From positions 5,264 through 69,263 of the forward strand of contig JAMPXO010000009.1 of the NCBI GenBank assembly GCA_023701125.1: a stretch of 64,000 nt of DNA, given 5' to 3'. A program made the position numbers and the translations under genes. The notes under the pieces are model-generated. The model did not search any database. It was given only the letters and a program-made list of their open reading frames with translations, and had not been told where the DNA came from. This document shows positions 37,751-49,634 of this stretch, in pieces (the stretch's first letter is position 1; each line of letters starts with the position of its first letter). Source of the stretch: Vicinamibacteria bacterium. Its GTDB lineage: Bacteria > Acidobacteriota > Vicinamibacteria > Fen-336.

Positions 37751-38662
37751 CTAGAGGCGGACCCAGCGGCCCGTGCGCTTCTTGTCCGCGAGCCAGGCGC
37801 CGAGCCACGGGGCGTCATCGCCCGAGGTGGCCGCCGGCCAGGTGACGCGCGCGATCACGTCGTGCTCCGGTTCGCCCGGGCGGCCCACGACGACGCCATC
37901 GTCGAGCACGCGCCAGCCCGCGACCGGGTGGACCTCGAAGGCCCCGTCCGCGAGGCTCTCGACCACCAGCGCCTTGCCGGCACGGGGCCCGGCGCAGGCC
38001 GGCAGCAGTGCGTCGTGCTCCGGGGGCGCCGCGAGCCGCGCGGCCACGCTCGCGGCGCGCGCGCGGTAGGTCGTTTCAGCCTCGCGGGCAAGGCAGGGCG
38101 CCGCGCAGGTGCGGACCTGGGCGTAGACGCAGCGCAGGCCCGTCGGCCACGCGGGGTCCGGTGCGAAGTCGAAGTCGCAGGGGCGCAGCAGGTGCTGCTT
38201 CTGCAGCGCGTCGCGGGCGCGCGTCGCCGTCTTCGCATCGCGGAACGGGCCGAAAACGTCGCCGCCGAAAGCACCGTGGGCGAGCAGCCGCGGGAAGCGC
38301 TCCGCCGTCAGCCACAGCCAGCCCGGGGGCCGCAGGTCGCGGCGGCGGGAGAGCGGCACGAGCGGGGCCATCAGCCGCTCGAAGAGCAGCCGCTCGTGGA
38401 ACGGCGAGCGGGCAAGCGCGAAGCGAATCGAGGCCGCCAGCTTCGACAGGTCGACGCGGGGTCGCGCACCCGGCTTCGGGCTCGGCCGGGCGCGGCCGAG
38501 CTGGCCGCGGGCCCAGGATCGGATCGAGGCGCCGCGGCCGACGACCAGGCTCTCGCCACGGGCGTCCAGCAACTGGGCCACGCCGCGCGCCGCCGGCAGT
38601 GCGAGCAACGCGGCAGCGAGATCCCCGGCGAGCGGCCGAAGGACGAAATCCGGAGCCGTCAC
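37751..38662 (-). CDS. UvrC N-terminal-half homolog (Cho-like) with degenerate GIY-YIG motif
   Basis: GVAQLLDARGESLVVGRGASIRSWARGQL aligns to GIY-YIG but the Tyr positions are replaced by A/V. FGPF...LRPCDFDF...CVYAQVRTCAAPCL matches the UvrC Cys-rich region. Confidence 0.6.
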   Translation of the reverse strand: MTAPDFVLRPLAGDLAAALLALPAARGVAQLLDARGESLVVGRGASIRSWARGQLGRARPSPKPGARPRVDLSKLAASIRFALARSPFHERLLFERLMAPLVPLSRRRDLRPPGWLWLTAERFPRLLAHGAFGGDVFGPFRDAKTATRARDALQKQHLLRPCDFDFAPDPAWPTGLRCVYAQVRTCAAPCLAREAETTYRARAASVAARLAAPPEHDALLPACAGPRAGKALVVESLADGAFEVHPVAGWRVLDDGVVVGRPGEPEHDVIARVTWPAATSGDDAPWLGAWLADKKRTGRWVRL

Positions 38663-38682
38663 CCGCGCGGGGCCTTCGCGGA

Positions 38683-39150
38683 CTAGACCTGGTCGTGGAT
38701 GGTGACGAGCTTGACGATCTCGAAGTGGCGAGTGCCGGACGGGACCTTGGCCTCGATCTCGTCGCCCTCTTCGCGACCCAGGAAGGCCTTGCCGATCGGC
38801 GAGCCGGGCGAGATGCGGCCCAGGGTCGGGTCCGCCTCCTCCGGGGTCACGATCGCGTAGACCACCTCGTCACCGCTCTGCACGTCGCGCACGGTGACCG
38901 TGGAACCGAGGCCGACCTTGTCGCGCGGGATCTTGTCGAGGTTGACCATCGAGAGCGCGGCGACGCGGCCCTGGAGCTGGCTGATCCGGGCCTGGATGAA
39001 GCTCTGGCGCTCCTTCGCGGACTTGTACTCCGCGTTCTCGCGCAGGTCGCCGTACTCGCGGGCGCGCTGGATCTCTTTCGGCAGGACGACCTTCAGCTCG
39101 TAGTCGAGCGTCTTGATCTCCTCTTCCAGGCGCTTCTTGATATCGTTCAT
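38683..39150 (-). CDS. greA: transcription elongation factor GreA
   Basis: [20 protein letters not shown]...[11 protein letters not shown] hallmark. Confidence 0.9.
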   Translation of the reverse strand: MNDIKKRLEEEIKTLDYELKVVLPKEIQRAREYGDLRENAEYKSAKERQSFIQARISQLQGRVAALSMVNLDKIPRDKVGLGSTVTVRDVQSGDEVVYAIVTPEEADPTLGRISPGSPIGKAFLGREEGDEIEAKVPSGTRHFEIVKLVTIHDQV

Positions 39151-39199
39151 CGGTCGACCGTCCCCAAAAGTCCATCCTAGCGGAAAACGCCCGAAAGCA

Positions 39200-39999
39200 A
39201 TGGCCGTCGAGACCATCCGCAGCCGCAGCAACCCGCTGTTCCGTCGCCTCCGCGAGCTGCGCGAGCACGCCGCGGACGACGGCCTCGCGCTGCTCGAGGG
39301 GCCGAAGCTGATCGAGGAGGCGCTGCTGTCCGGCGTCACGGTGCTGGAAGTGGCGGCATCGCCGCGCGCCGAACGCTCCCAGCGCGGCGCGCGGGTGCTG
39401 CGCGAGCTGGCGGCGCGGGGCGTGACCGTGCGCGCGATGAGCGACGAGCTGGTGGCCTCGCTGTCCGAGGCCGAGTCGAGCCAGGGCCTGCTGGCGCTGG
39501 CGGCACGGCCGGCCTTCGACGAGGCGGCGCTGTTCGCGGGCGTGCCGCTGATCGCCGTCGCGGTCGGCGTGCAGGACCCGGGCAACCTCGGTGGCCTGCT
39601 GCGCACGGCGGAGGCCGCGGGCGCCACCGGCGCCTACCTCACGCCCGGCTGCGCCGACCCGTTCGGCTGGAAGGCGTTGCGCGGCTCGATGGGCAGCGCG
39701 CTGCGCCTGCCTCACGTGCGCGGCGTCGAGGCTGCCCTGGTCGTGTCGCGACTCAAGGCGCGCGGGGTGCGGGTGGCCGCGACCGCCACGGATGCGGCCC
39801 AGGCCTACGACGAGGCCGACCTGAAGCGGCCCGTCGCGATCCTGCTCGGCAACGAGGGCGCGGGGCTGCCGGACGAGTTGCTGCGGGCAGCGGACATCAC
39901 GGTGCGCATCCCGCTGGCCGGCCACGCCGAGAGCCTCAACGTCGGTGTCGCGGCCGGCGTCGTGTTGTTCGAGGCCGCCCGACAGCGGCGGCAGCGGCC

Positions 40000-40003
<4 letters not shown>
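39200..40003 (+). CDS. TrmH/SpoU-family RNA 2'-O-methyltransferase
   Basis: SPOUT motifs ([44 protein letters not shown]). Confidence 0.8.
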
Positions 40004-41411
<1,408 letters not shown>

Positions 41412-41415
<4 letters not shown>

Positions 41416-42947
41416 GAGGCCCTCGACTGGTCGAGCGCCGGGGGCGGCGCGGGCAGCGGCGTCGCCGGCGCAAGGGTCGGCGCCACCGCCCGGATCGGCA
41501 GCGCCATCCGCGCCCGGGTGCCGTGGCCGAGCGCACTCTCGAGCGTCAGCCGGCCGCCGTGGTCTTCGACGATCTTGTGGGTCAGCGCCAGGCCCAGCCC
41601 CAGCCCCGCCTCCTTGGTCGAGAAGTAGGGCTCGAAGGCCTGCGCCACCTGCTCCTCGCTCATGCCCGCGCCGGTGTCGGCGACCATGATCACCGCCAGC
41701 TCGCCCTCGCGCGCCAGCGAGACGCCGAGCTGGCCGCCCGAGCCCATCGCGTCGAGCGCGTTGATCGTCAGGTTCAGCAGGCAGGTCTTGAGCAGCTCGG
41801 GGTCGACGCGCACGTCGGGCAGCCCGGCCTCGACGTCGAGCGACATGACGACGCCCTGGGCGCGGGCCTTGGGCTCGACCAGCCCCGCCACGTCGCGGAC
41901 CAGGCTGTCGAGCGCGCACTCGCGGACGTGGAGCTGCATCGGCTTGCCGAAGCGCAGGAACTCGGCGACCAGGCGGTTGATGCGGCTGATCTCGCCCTTC
42001 ACGCTCTGCAGCACGCGCTGGAACTCCTCGCGCCGGCTCTCGTCGTCGGGGCCGAGCCGGCTGCGCACGTGGTCGATCGACAGGTTGATGAAGTTGAGCG
42101 GGTTGCGCACCTCGTGGGCGACGGCCGAAGCCAGCCGGCCGAGCGCCGTCGAGCGCTCGGCGAAGTGCAGCCGCTCCTCGAGCGCCCTGTTCTCGCGCAG
42201 GCGCACGACCATCTCGTTGAAGGCGCGGCCCAGCGACGCCAGCTCGTCGGTGCCCCGCACCGCGACCTGGACCGAGAGGTCGCCGCCCGCGACCCGGCCG
42301 GCGGCTTCCGACAGCTCGGACAGGGGCCGGGTGAACGAGACGGACAGGTAGAGCGCCAGCAGGATGCCGAGCGCGAACACCGCGAGGGTGGCGGCCAGGC
42401 GCGAGAACAGGCCGCGCTGCGACAGCATCTCGAAGTCGTCGAGGTAGCGGGTGACCAGCAGCGAGCCGATGCGCTGGTCGCCGACGACGATCGGGATCGC
42501 CAGCGTCGACGTGCGCTGCGAGCCGGGCGGCCCCGACTCCTCGCCGAGCACGCCGCGCACGACGTACCGGGTCGGGCCCTTGCGTCGCACCAGCCGCTTG
42601 CCGACGATCTTGGGGTTGGTCGAGGCCTGCACGACCTCCTCGGAGGCGTCGGCCAGGGTGACGTCCTTCACGCCGAGCTGGCGCAGCTTGTCGGCGTAGG
42701 CCTCGAGCGCCTCGGTGGGGCTGCGAGCGCCGGCCGCCGGCTGCTCCTGGGCGATCTCCAGCGTGGTCGACAGCTCGTCCGTGTAGTCGCGGATCTGGTT
42801 GAGCAGCTCGCGCTCGGAGTACAGGTGGATGTTGAACAGCGACACCACCGACAGCACCAGCAGCGACACCAGCATCAGCAGCAGCCGGGTGCGCAGCGAG
42901 AGGTGGCGCAGCCCGGCGCCGGCTGCGGCCAGCGCGCGCTGAATCAC
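41412..42947 (-). CDS. sensor histidine kinase (TM, HAMP, HisKA, HATPase)
   Basis: HEVRNPL H-box, DTGAGM G-box, HAMP (RPLSELSEAAGRVAGGDLS). GTG start overlaps the clpA stop. Confidence 0.8.
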
Positions 42948-45295
42948 GGCTCGGGCTTGGACGGACCGGGCGCGTCGGCGCCTGGGGCTGCGGGGGCGGC
43001 TGCGCCGTCCGACGGGTCGGTCCCTTCGGTGGGAGGCAGCGGCGCGAACGAGAAGTGGAGGACCTCCTCGACCACGCTCAGCGTCACCTCGCCGCCGTGC
43101 TCGAGGGCGCCGAACAGGATCTCGTCGGTCAGCCGGTCGCGGACCTCGGACTGGATCACGCGGGCCAGCGGGCGCGCGCCCATCCGCGGGTCGAAGCCCT
43201 TCTGCGCGAGCCAGGCGCGGGCGTCGGGCTGCAAGGTGATCGCCACCTTGCGCTCGCGCAACTGCGACTCCAGCTCCAGCACGAACTTCTCGACGATCGT
43301 CTCCATCGCCGCGGGCGACAGCGAGTCGAAGGTGACGATCGCGTCGAGCCGGTTGCGGAACTCGGGCGAGAACAGCCGCTCGACCGCGTGCTTGCCGCGC
43401 GCGCCCTGCTCCTTGGCGTCGTCGCGGCCGATGCCGATCAGCTTCTGCGCCATCTCGCGCGAGCCGGCATTGCTGGTCATGATCAGGATCACCTGGCGGA
43501 AGTCCGCCTTGCGGCCGCTGTTGTCGGTCAGCGTCGCGTGGTCCATCACCTGCAGCAGGATGTTGTAGATGTCGGGGTGGGCCTTCTCGATCTCGTCGAG
43601 CAGCACGACCGCGTACGGATGCTGGCGCACGGCGTCGACGAGCTGGCCACCCTGCTCGAAGCCGACATAGCCGGGCGGCGCGCCGATCAGCCGCGCGACC
43701 GCGTGCTTCTCCATGTACTCGGACATGTCGAAGCGCAGGAACTCGTTGCCGAGGTGGCGGGCGAGCTGCTTGGCGAGCTCGGTCTTGCCGACGCCCGTGG
43801 GGCCGGTGAACAGGAAGCAGCCAGCGGGGCGCTCGGGCGCGGCGAGGCCGGCGCGCGAGCGCTTGATGGCGCGCGCGACCTGGGCGACCGCGGGCTCCTG
43901 GCCGAACACCACCCGCTGCAGCGACTCCTCGAGCGTGCGCAGCCGCTCCTTGTCGGAGGTCGTGGCCTGCTTCTCGGGGATGCGCGCCATGTGCGCGATC
44001 ACGCGCTCGATTTCGGGCACGTCGACGCTCATCGGCGAGCCGGGCGCCGCCGCCAGCCGTAGCTTGGCGCCGGCCTCGTCGAGCACGTCGATCGCGCCGT
44101 CGGGCAGCCGGAAATCGCGCAGGTGGCGCTGGGCCAGCTTGGCCGCGGCCTCCAGCGCGCCCTTGGTGTAGGTCACGCCGTGGTGCTTCTCGTACCGCGT
44201 GCGCAGCCCTTCCAGGATGCGCACGGATTCCTCGAGCGACGGCTCCTCCACCGCGATCTTCTGCACCCGGCGGAACAGCGCGCGGTCCTTCTCGATGTGC
44301 TTGAACTCCTCGAACGTGGTGGCGCCGAGCAGCCGGATCTCGCCTTCCGTCAGGATCGGCTTGATCAGGTTGGCGAGGTCCATCGTGCCGCCCGTGGTGG
44401 CGCCCGCGCCGACCATCGTGTGCAACTCGTCCACGAACAGGATCGGCTTGCCGCGCTTCTTGAGCGCCGCGATCAGCGCCTTGAAGCGCTCCTCGAAGTC
44501 GCCACGGTAGCGGGTGCCGGCCAGCAGCGAGCCGGTGTCGAGCGCGAACACCTCGACCCCCTTCAGCACGTCCGGCACGTCGTCCTGCAGCAGGCGCTGG
44601 GCCAGGCCCTCGACCAGCGCGGTCTTGCCGACGCCGGGGTCGCCGACGAAGACCGGGTTGTTCTTGCGCCGCCGGCACAGGATCTCCATCGCCCGCGTCA
44701 GCTCGCGGGCGCGGCCGATCAGCGGGTCGAGCTGGCCGGCCCGCGCCTTCTCGGTCAGGTTGACCGCGTAGGCGACCAGCGGTTCGCGGGAGGCCCCGGG
44801 GCCCTCCTCGCCGTCCCCCGCGGGCGCGCCGCCGCCGGGCTCGGGCTCGACAGGCGTCGGCATCCGCGAGATGCCGTGGGAGATGAAGTTCAGCACGTCG
44901 AGCCGGCTGACGCCCTGCTGGCCGAGCAGGTCCGCGGCGTGCGAGCGCGGCTGCGCCAGCAGCGCCGCCAGGATGTCGCCGAGGTCGGCCTCGGTCTTGC
45001 CCGCGCTCTGCACGTGCAGCACCGCGGTCTGCAGTGCGCGGCGGAACGCCACGGTCTGCTCGGGTGGCTTGCGGCGGCCGCCGTCGGGCTGGCGCTCCAC
45101 GTGCTCCTCGAGGAAGGCCTTGAGGTCGCGGCGCAGGCGCTCGACGTCCGCGCCGGAGCTGCCGAGGATGCGCTCGCCGCCGGGGTCGTTGGCGAGCGCG
45201 TAGAGCAGGTGCTCGAGGGTGAGGTAGGCGTGGCGCCGCGCGACCGCCTCGCGCGAGGCGACCACCAGCACCCGTTCGAGGGCCGCGCTGAACAC
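42944..45295 (-). CDS. clpA: ATP-dependent Clp protease ATP-binding subunit ClpA
   Basis: ClpA N-domain, two AAA+ modules (GDPGVGKT, GPTGVGKT). Confidence 0.9.
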   Translation of the reverse strand: MFSAALERVLVVASREAVARRHAYLTLEHLLYALANDPGGERILGSSGADVERLRRDLKAFLEEHVERQPDGGRRKPPEQTVAFRRALQTAVLHVQSAGKTEADLGDILAALLAQPRSHAADLLGQQGVSRLDVLNFISHGISRMPTPVEPEPGGGAPAGDGEEGPGASREPLVAYAVNLTEKARAGQLDPLIGRARELTRAMEILCRRRKNNPVFVGDPGVGKTALVEGLAQRLLQDDVPDVLKGVEVFALDTGSLLAGTRYRGDFEERFKALIAALKKRGKPILFVDELHTMVGAGATTGGTMDLANLIKPILTEGEIRLLGATTFEEFKHIEKDRALFRRVQKIAVEEPSLEESVRILEGLRTRYEKHHGVTYTKGALEAAAKLAQRHLRDFRLPDGAIDVLDEAGAKLRLAAAPGSPMSVDVPEIERVIAHMARIPEKQATTSDKERLRTLEESLQRVVFGQEPAVAQVARAIKRSRAGLAAPERPAGCFLFTGPTGVGKTELAKQLARHLGNEFLRFDMSEYMEKHAVARLIGAPPGYVGFEQGGQLVDAVRQHPYAVVLLDEIEKAHPDIYNILLQVMDHATLTDNSGRKADFRQVILIMTSNAGSREMAQKLIGIGRDDAKEQGARGKHAVERLFSPEFRNRLDAIVTFDSLSPAAMETIVEKFVLELESQLRERKVAITLQPDARAWLAQKGFDPRMGARPLARVIQSEVRDRLTDEILFGALEHGGEVTLSVVEEVLHFSFAPLPPTEGTDPSDGAAAPAAPGADAPGPSKPEP

Positions 45296-45607
45296 CTACT
45301 CCTCCTCCAGGGTCGCGCGCAGCGGGTAGCCGGCCTCGCGCGCCTCGTCGTGGACGCGGTCGACCTTGGTCTCCGCGATCTCGTGAGTATAGGTGCCGCA
45401 GACACCGACGCCCTGCGTGTGGACGAACATCATGACGCGGTGGGCCTCGGCCGGCGACTTGTCGAAGATGTTCTCCAGCACGTGGATCACGAACTCCATC
45501 GTCGTGTAGTCGTCGTTGTGCAGGAGCACCCGGAAGAGCGGCGGCTTCGCCGTCTTCGTGCGGGTCTTCTCCTGGACGTTCCCCTGCCGGTCCGGGCTGC
45601 GTGCCAT
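45296..45607 (-). CDS. clpS: ClpS adaptor protein
   Basis: FRVLLHNDDYTTMEFVIHVL... Confidence 0.85.
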   Translation of the reverse strand: MARSPDRQGNVQEKTRTKTAKPPLFRVLLHNDDYTTMEFVIHVLENIFDKSPAEAHRVMMFVHTQGVGVCGTYTHEIAETKVDRVHDEAREAGYPLRATLEEE

Positions 45608-45649
45608 TCGATTCGATTGTAGTCCCCGCCCCGCGCGGCGAAATCGGGC

Positions 45650-45678
45650 TTGACAGATATTTTAGTTATAACTAAATT
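45650..45678 (+). promoter_or_regulatory. sigma70-like promoter in an AT-rich island (TTGACA -35 with -10 candidates TATAAC / TAAATT)
   Basis: CTTGACAGATATTTTAGTTATAACTAAATTG in an otherwise 72% GC context. The track's TTG start at 45650 is the -35 hexamer itself. Confidence 0.5.
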
Positions 45679-45685
45679 GCTGCCC

Positions 45686-46054
45686 GTGGGCCTGGAAACG
45701 GCAGCGCTGGCGGCGATCGCCAGCCCGCGACGGCGCGAGATCCTGCGCCTCGTGTGGCGCGAGGAACGGGCGGCGGGCGAGATCCATCGCGCGATGGGAG
45801 ACGTCACGTTCGGTGCGGTGTCGCAGCAGTTGCGAGCGCTCTGCGAATCGGGACTGCTCGAGGCGCGGGCCGACGGGCGGCAGCGCTTCTACAAGGCACG
45901 ACGGGAGGCCATGGGCCCGGTCGGCGAGCTGCTGGAACGGATGTGGGACGACGCGCTGTGGCAACTGAAACAGCGCGCCGAGCTGGCGGAGCGGCGCCGG
46001 GGGCCGAGGGCCGCGCGCCCGCGCGGCAGCCGGCGCAAGAAAGGAACGGCATGA
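45686..46054 (+). CDS. ArsR/SmtB-family transcriptional regulator
   Basis: ETAALAAIASPRRREILRLV HTH start. GTG 45686 (or TTG 45677) is in frame and lies directly downstream of the promoter, so possibly leaderless. Confidence 0.7.
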   Translation: MGLETAALAAIASPRRREILRLVWREERAAGEIHRAMGDVTFGAVSQQLRALCESGLLEARADGRQRFYKARREAMGPVGELLERMWDDALWQLKQRAELAERRRGPRAARPRGSRRKKGTA

Positions 46055-46827
46055 GCGGACGTGAGCACTCCCTCGAACGCGAGCTGGTGATCGAGGCCCG
46101 GCCGGAGACCGTGTTCTCCTTCTTCACCGACAGCGCCCGCTGGGCGTCCTGGTGGGGCGCCGGCTCGACCATCGAACCGTCCGTCGGCGGCGCGATGCTG
46201 ATCCGCCATCCCAACGGGCTCGAGGTCGTGGGCGAGGTGGTGGCATTCGAGCCGCCGCGTGCGATCGCGTTCACCTACGGCTACGCCTCGGGCGCGCCGA
46301 TCGCGCCGGGCGGCTCACTCGTGCGCATCGAGCTCGCGCCCGAGCCGAGCGGCACCCGCCTGCGCCTCCACCACGAGTTCGACGCGGCCGCGCCGCGCGA
46401 CCTGCACGTCCAGGGCTGGCGCTTCCAGCTCTCGCTGTTCGCGAACCTCGTCGCGGACCGGGTGGCGTCCACGGCGGCGGAGACCGTCGACGCCTGGTTC
46501 GCGGCCTGGGCCGAGCCCGAGGCCGCGGCTCGCCAGGCGGCTTTCGTTCGCCTCGCCACCGCCGACGTCCGCTTCCGCGACCGCTTCAGCCGCCTGGACG
46601 GCCTCGCCGAGGTGCTGCCCCACGTCGAGGCCGCGCAGCGCTTCATGCCCGGGATGCGCCTCGCCCGCCGCGGCGAGCTGCGCCACTGCCAGGGCACCGT
46701 GCTCGCCGACTGGACCGCGACCGGCCCCGATGGCGCGGAGCGCGGCCGCGGCACCAACGTCTTCACGCTCGACGCCGACGGCCGGATCGCGACGGCGACG
46801 GGCCTGTGGGAGGGCCCCGACCACTGA
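46051..46827 (+). CDS. SRPBCC (Aha1/polyketide-cyclase-like) domain protein with C-terminal SnoaL/NTF2-like domain
   Basis: ATGA overlap with arsR. ETVFSFFTDSARWASWWG SRPBCC start. Classic ArsR plus Aha1-domain pair. Confidence 0.7.
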   Translation: MSGREHSLERELVIEARPETVFSFFTDSARWASWWGAGSTIEPSVGGAMLIRHPNGLEVVGEVVAFEPPRAIAFTYGYASGAPIAPGGSLVRIELAPEPSGTRLRLHHEFDAAAPRDLHVQGWRFQLSLFANLVADRVASTAAETVDAWFAAWAEPEAAARQAAFVRLATADVRFRDRFSRLDGLAEVLPHVEAAQRFMPGMRLARRGELRHCQGTVLADWTATGPDGAERGRGTNVFTLDADGRIATATGLWEGPDH

Positions 46828-46924
46828 GCAGGCGGGGTGCTAGCATCCGACATCCAACGCAAGATTCTGCCCCGGGGCCGCTGTTTTCCGTCCTGGGGCC
46901 GAGGGGCTCGAGGGGAGGTGCTGG

Positions 46925-47503
46925 ATGCGCGCGCCCAAGCCACGCCCGGCGACACGACGGGCCGCGGGCCTGCTCTCACCCCGCGAGGGCTTCCTTCGCG
47001 GTGCGGCGCCCGACGCCCAGCAGGTGCGCAGCGATTGGCTGCCGCACCAGGCCGCGATTGAGGGCGTCTCGGTACGCGAGACCCGCAACGTCTCCAAGGG
47101 CAGGGGTTACCTGACGGAGATGTGGCGGTCCGAGTGGCAGCTCGGCGGCAGCGTCGAGCAGGTGTTCCAGGCCCTGCTGGGGCCCCACGAGATCTCTGCC
47201 TGGCACGTCCATCAAACGACCTGCGACCGGCTGTTCGTCAACCACGGGTCGGTCCGGGTGGTGCTCTACGACGCGCGGCGCGGCGGCTCCAGCTTCGGGG
47301 TCGTGAACACGTTCCGTTTCGGCGCCCATCGCCCCGCGCTGTTGATCGTGCCTGCCGGGGTCTGGCACGGGCTGCAGAACCTGCTGGACACGCCGAGCAG
47401 CGTGATCAACATCGTCGACCACGCCTACTCGTACGAGGCGCCGGATCACTGGCGGCTGCCGGCGGACTCGCGGCGCATCCCGTATCGTTTCCCGGCCCCT
47501 TGA
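46925..47503 (+). CDS. RmlC-like cupin (dTDP-sugar epimerase-like)
   Basis: Cupin with GVWHG-type motif (LIVPAGVWHGLQNL). Confidence 0.55.
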   Translation: MRAPKPRPATRRAAGLLSPREGFLRGAAPDAQQVRSDWLPHQAAIEGVSVRETRNVSKGRGYLTEMWRSEWQLGGSVEQVFQALLGPHEISAWHVHQTTCDRLFVNHGSVRVVLYDARRGGSSFGVVNTFRFGAHRPALLIVPAGVWHGLQNLLDTPSSVINIVDHAYSYEAPDHWRLPADSRRIPYRFPAP

Positions 47504-48375
47504 GCGCGACGAGGCCTGCGGCTGATCGCCGGGTCGACGTGCTGCTGGCCACCTACTGCCGGCCACACACGATCCGATACGCGATCGAGGCCGTGCTGCA
47601 GCAGACCCACGCCGACTTCACCCTGCACGTGGTCGGCGACGGTTGCGACGACGAGACGGAGCGGATCGTGCGTTCGTTCGCCGATCCGCGCCTTCGCTTC
47701 TACCGCTTCCCGAAGGCGATGGGCTTCGGCTACGTCCACCGCAACACGGTGCTGCGCCAGTGCGACGCGCCGTTCGTCGCCTACATGACGGACGACGACC
47801 TCTGGTTCCCGGACCACCTGCAGCGCGGCGTCGAAACGCTCGTCGAACGCGAGCTGGGCCTGGTCGCCTTCCGCTCGATCCAGGTCCGCTACCCGAACCT
47901 GCTCGACCCGTACTTCTTCGCCTTCGACTGGCGGCTGGGGCCATGGTCGCGCTGGCTCCGCAACTGGTTCATGGGCGCCGTCGGCTGCGTCCACCGGCGC
48001 GAGGTCTTCACCGCGGTCGGTTACTGGGACGAATCGCTGTTCCGCTTCGGCGACCGCGACTTCTACCACCGCGTGCGGGTCTCGCCGGTGCCCTCGAGCT
48101 ACGAGGACCGGGTGACCGTGCTGCGCTTCTACGCCCAACACTGGGACCCGTGCTACGCGCTGGTCGCGGAGCCGCCGCAGAAGGCCTGGGTGGGGCGCCT
48201 GCGCGAGCCCGGCTTCCGGGCCGAGGTCGAGGCCGCGCTGGCGGGACCGCGCGACCTGCTGGCCCGCTGGCGACAGGCCGACGACTTCGTGGCCTTCGCG
48301 GTGCGCTCGGGGCCGAGGTTCTTGCGGTTCCTGTTCCACAAGGCGCGGGCATGGGCGACCGGGTCCAGGCGCTGA
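47500..48375 (+). CDS. family-2 glycosyltransferase (polyprenyl-phosphate sugar transferase-like)
   Basis: VDVLLATYCRPHT..., VVGDGCDDET, DDD motif region. In-frame TTG 47500 overlaps the cupin stop (TTGA). Start uncertain. Confidence 0.65.
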   Translation: MSATRPAADRRVDVLLATYCRPHTIRYAIEAVLQQTHADFTLHVVGDGCDDETERIVRSFADPRLRFYRFPKAMGFGYVHRNTVLRQCDAPFVAYMTDDDLWFPDHLQRGVETLVERELGLVAFRSIQVRYPNLLDPYFFAFDWRLGPWSRWLRNWFMGAVGCVHRREVFTAVGYWDESLFRFGDRDFYHRVRVSPVPSSYEDRVTVLRFYAQHWDPCYALVAEPPQKAWVGRLREPGFRAEVEAALAGPRDLLARWRQADDFVAFAVRSGPRFLRFLFHKARAWATGSRR

Positions 48376-49631
48376 GCCGGCGCCAGGCGTGGCTCGTGCT
48401 CGGCGTCGCGCTGGCCGCCCGGCTGACGACAGCCGGCTTCGCCTGGGCGCGCGATCCGGGCGCGCTGATCGCGAGCGACTCCGAAGGCTACGTCGCGCTG
48501 GCCCACGGGCTGCTCGACCAGGGGCGCTTCCAGGCGCCCGGGGAGACCCTCGGCCACACCCGGCGTACCCCCGGCCTGCCGCTGCTGATCGCGGCCGTCT
48601 ACGCGCTGTGCGGTGAGCGCCCCGAGGCGGCGGTGCTCGTCGGCGTGCTGCTGAGCGCGGCGACCGCCTGGCTCACGGCGGCGACCGCGGCCGCGCTGGC
48701 TGGCCCGGTGGCCGGCCTGGCCGCAGGGCTGCTGCTGGCGCTGGACACGGCCTCGATCGTCGGTTGTCACCAGTTGCTGACCGAGCCGGCCTTCACGTTC
48801 CTGCTCGCCGCCGCCACGCTGTGCGCCGTGCGCGGACCGCAGCCCGGCCTGGGCAGCGCCGGGGGCTCGGGCCTGTTGCTGGCCGCCGCCGTGCTGACGC
48901 GCCCGGTGGGGCTGGTGCTGATCCTGCCGTTCGCCGCCTGGGTCGCGGCGCTCGCCGCGCCGGGCCGGCGGGCCCGCACGCTCGGCGCGTTCGTCATCCC
49001 GTTCGTGGTGCTGGTCGGCGGCTGGCAGGTGCGCAACGGACTGGTGGCCGGGGCCTACACTCCCTCGCACGGGCCGGCGAAGTTCTTGCTGCTGAGCCGC
49101 GGCTCGGACATCGTGTCGCAGCGCGACGGCCTCCCCTTCCGGGCGGCCCGGACGCGTCTCGAGACCGAGGTCGAGACCGCTCCTTTGCCCTCCGGCCGCC
49201 GGCGCGAGTCGCTCTACCTCGACCGCGCCCTGGAGCTGTTCACGGCCCACCCAGGGCTGCTGCTGTGGACCCAGGTGCGCTGGTTGCCCGAGCTGATGCT
49301 CGGCACCGGCGCGGCGGGACTCACCGCGCGGCTGGGACTCGCCGAGCCCGGCGGGCAGACGGTATCGTCCATGACGTTGTCGGCCGCTGCTGCCATGCAC
49401 CTGCTGTTGCTCTACGTCGGCACGGGGCTGGCCCTGCGCGACCGGCTGTGGAGTTCGGGCCGCACGCAGCGGACCGTTGCGGGCCTGGCGGCGCTCATCC
49501 TCGCGCTGGTGCTTGCGTCCACCGGGCCCCAGGGCTACTCGCGACTCCGCGTCCCGTTCGCACCGCTGCTCGCGGTCCTGGCCGGCGTGGGACTCTCCCC
49601 GCTCGTGCAGCGTCCGCCGGAGCGACAATGA
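48351..49631 (+). CDS. GT39/PMT_2 (ArnT-like) membrane glycosyltransferase-family protein
   Basis: Polytopic, with conserved loop ASDSEGYVALAHGL. Begins 25 bp before the GT2 stop. Confidence 0.65.
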   Translation: MGDRVQALSRRQAWLVLGVALAARLTTAGFAWARDPGALIASDSEGYVALAHGLLDQGRFQAPGETLGHTRRTPGLPLLIAAVYALCGERPEAAVLVGVLLSAATAWLTAATAAALAGPVAGLAAGLLLALDTASIVGCHQLLTEPAFTFLLAAATLCAVRGPQPGLGSAGGSGLLLAAAVLTRPVGLVLILPFAAWVAALAAPGRRARTLGAFVIPFVVLVGGWQVRNGLVAGAYTPSHGPAKFLLLSRGSDIVSQRDGLPFRAARTRLETEVETAPLPSGRRRESLYLDRALELFTAHPGLLLWTQVRWLPELMLGTGAAGLTARLGLAEPGGQTVSSMTLSAAAAMHLLLLYVGTGLALRDRLWSSGRTQRTVAGLAALILALVLASTGPQGYSRLRVPFAPLLAVLAGVGLSPLVQRPPERQ

Positions 49632-49634
49632 GGC

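Noticed and set aside
45650-45652. TTG 45650 as arsR start and GTG 53530 as padR start (track starts)
   Set aside because: Both codons fall inside consensus promoter hexamers or the spacer (TTGACA). In-frame GTG starts further downstream fit the promoter geometry and family N-termini better.
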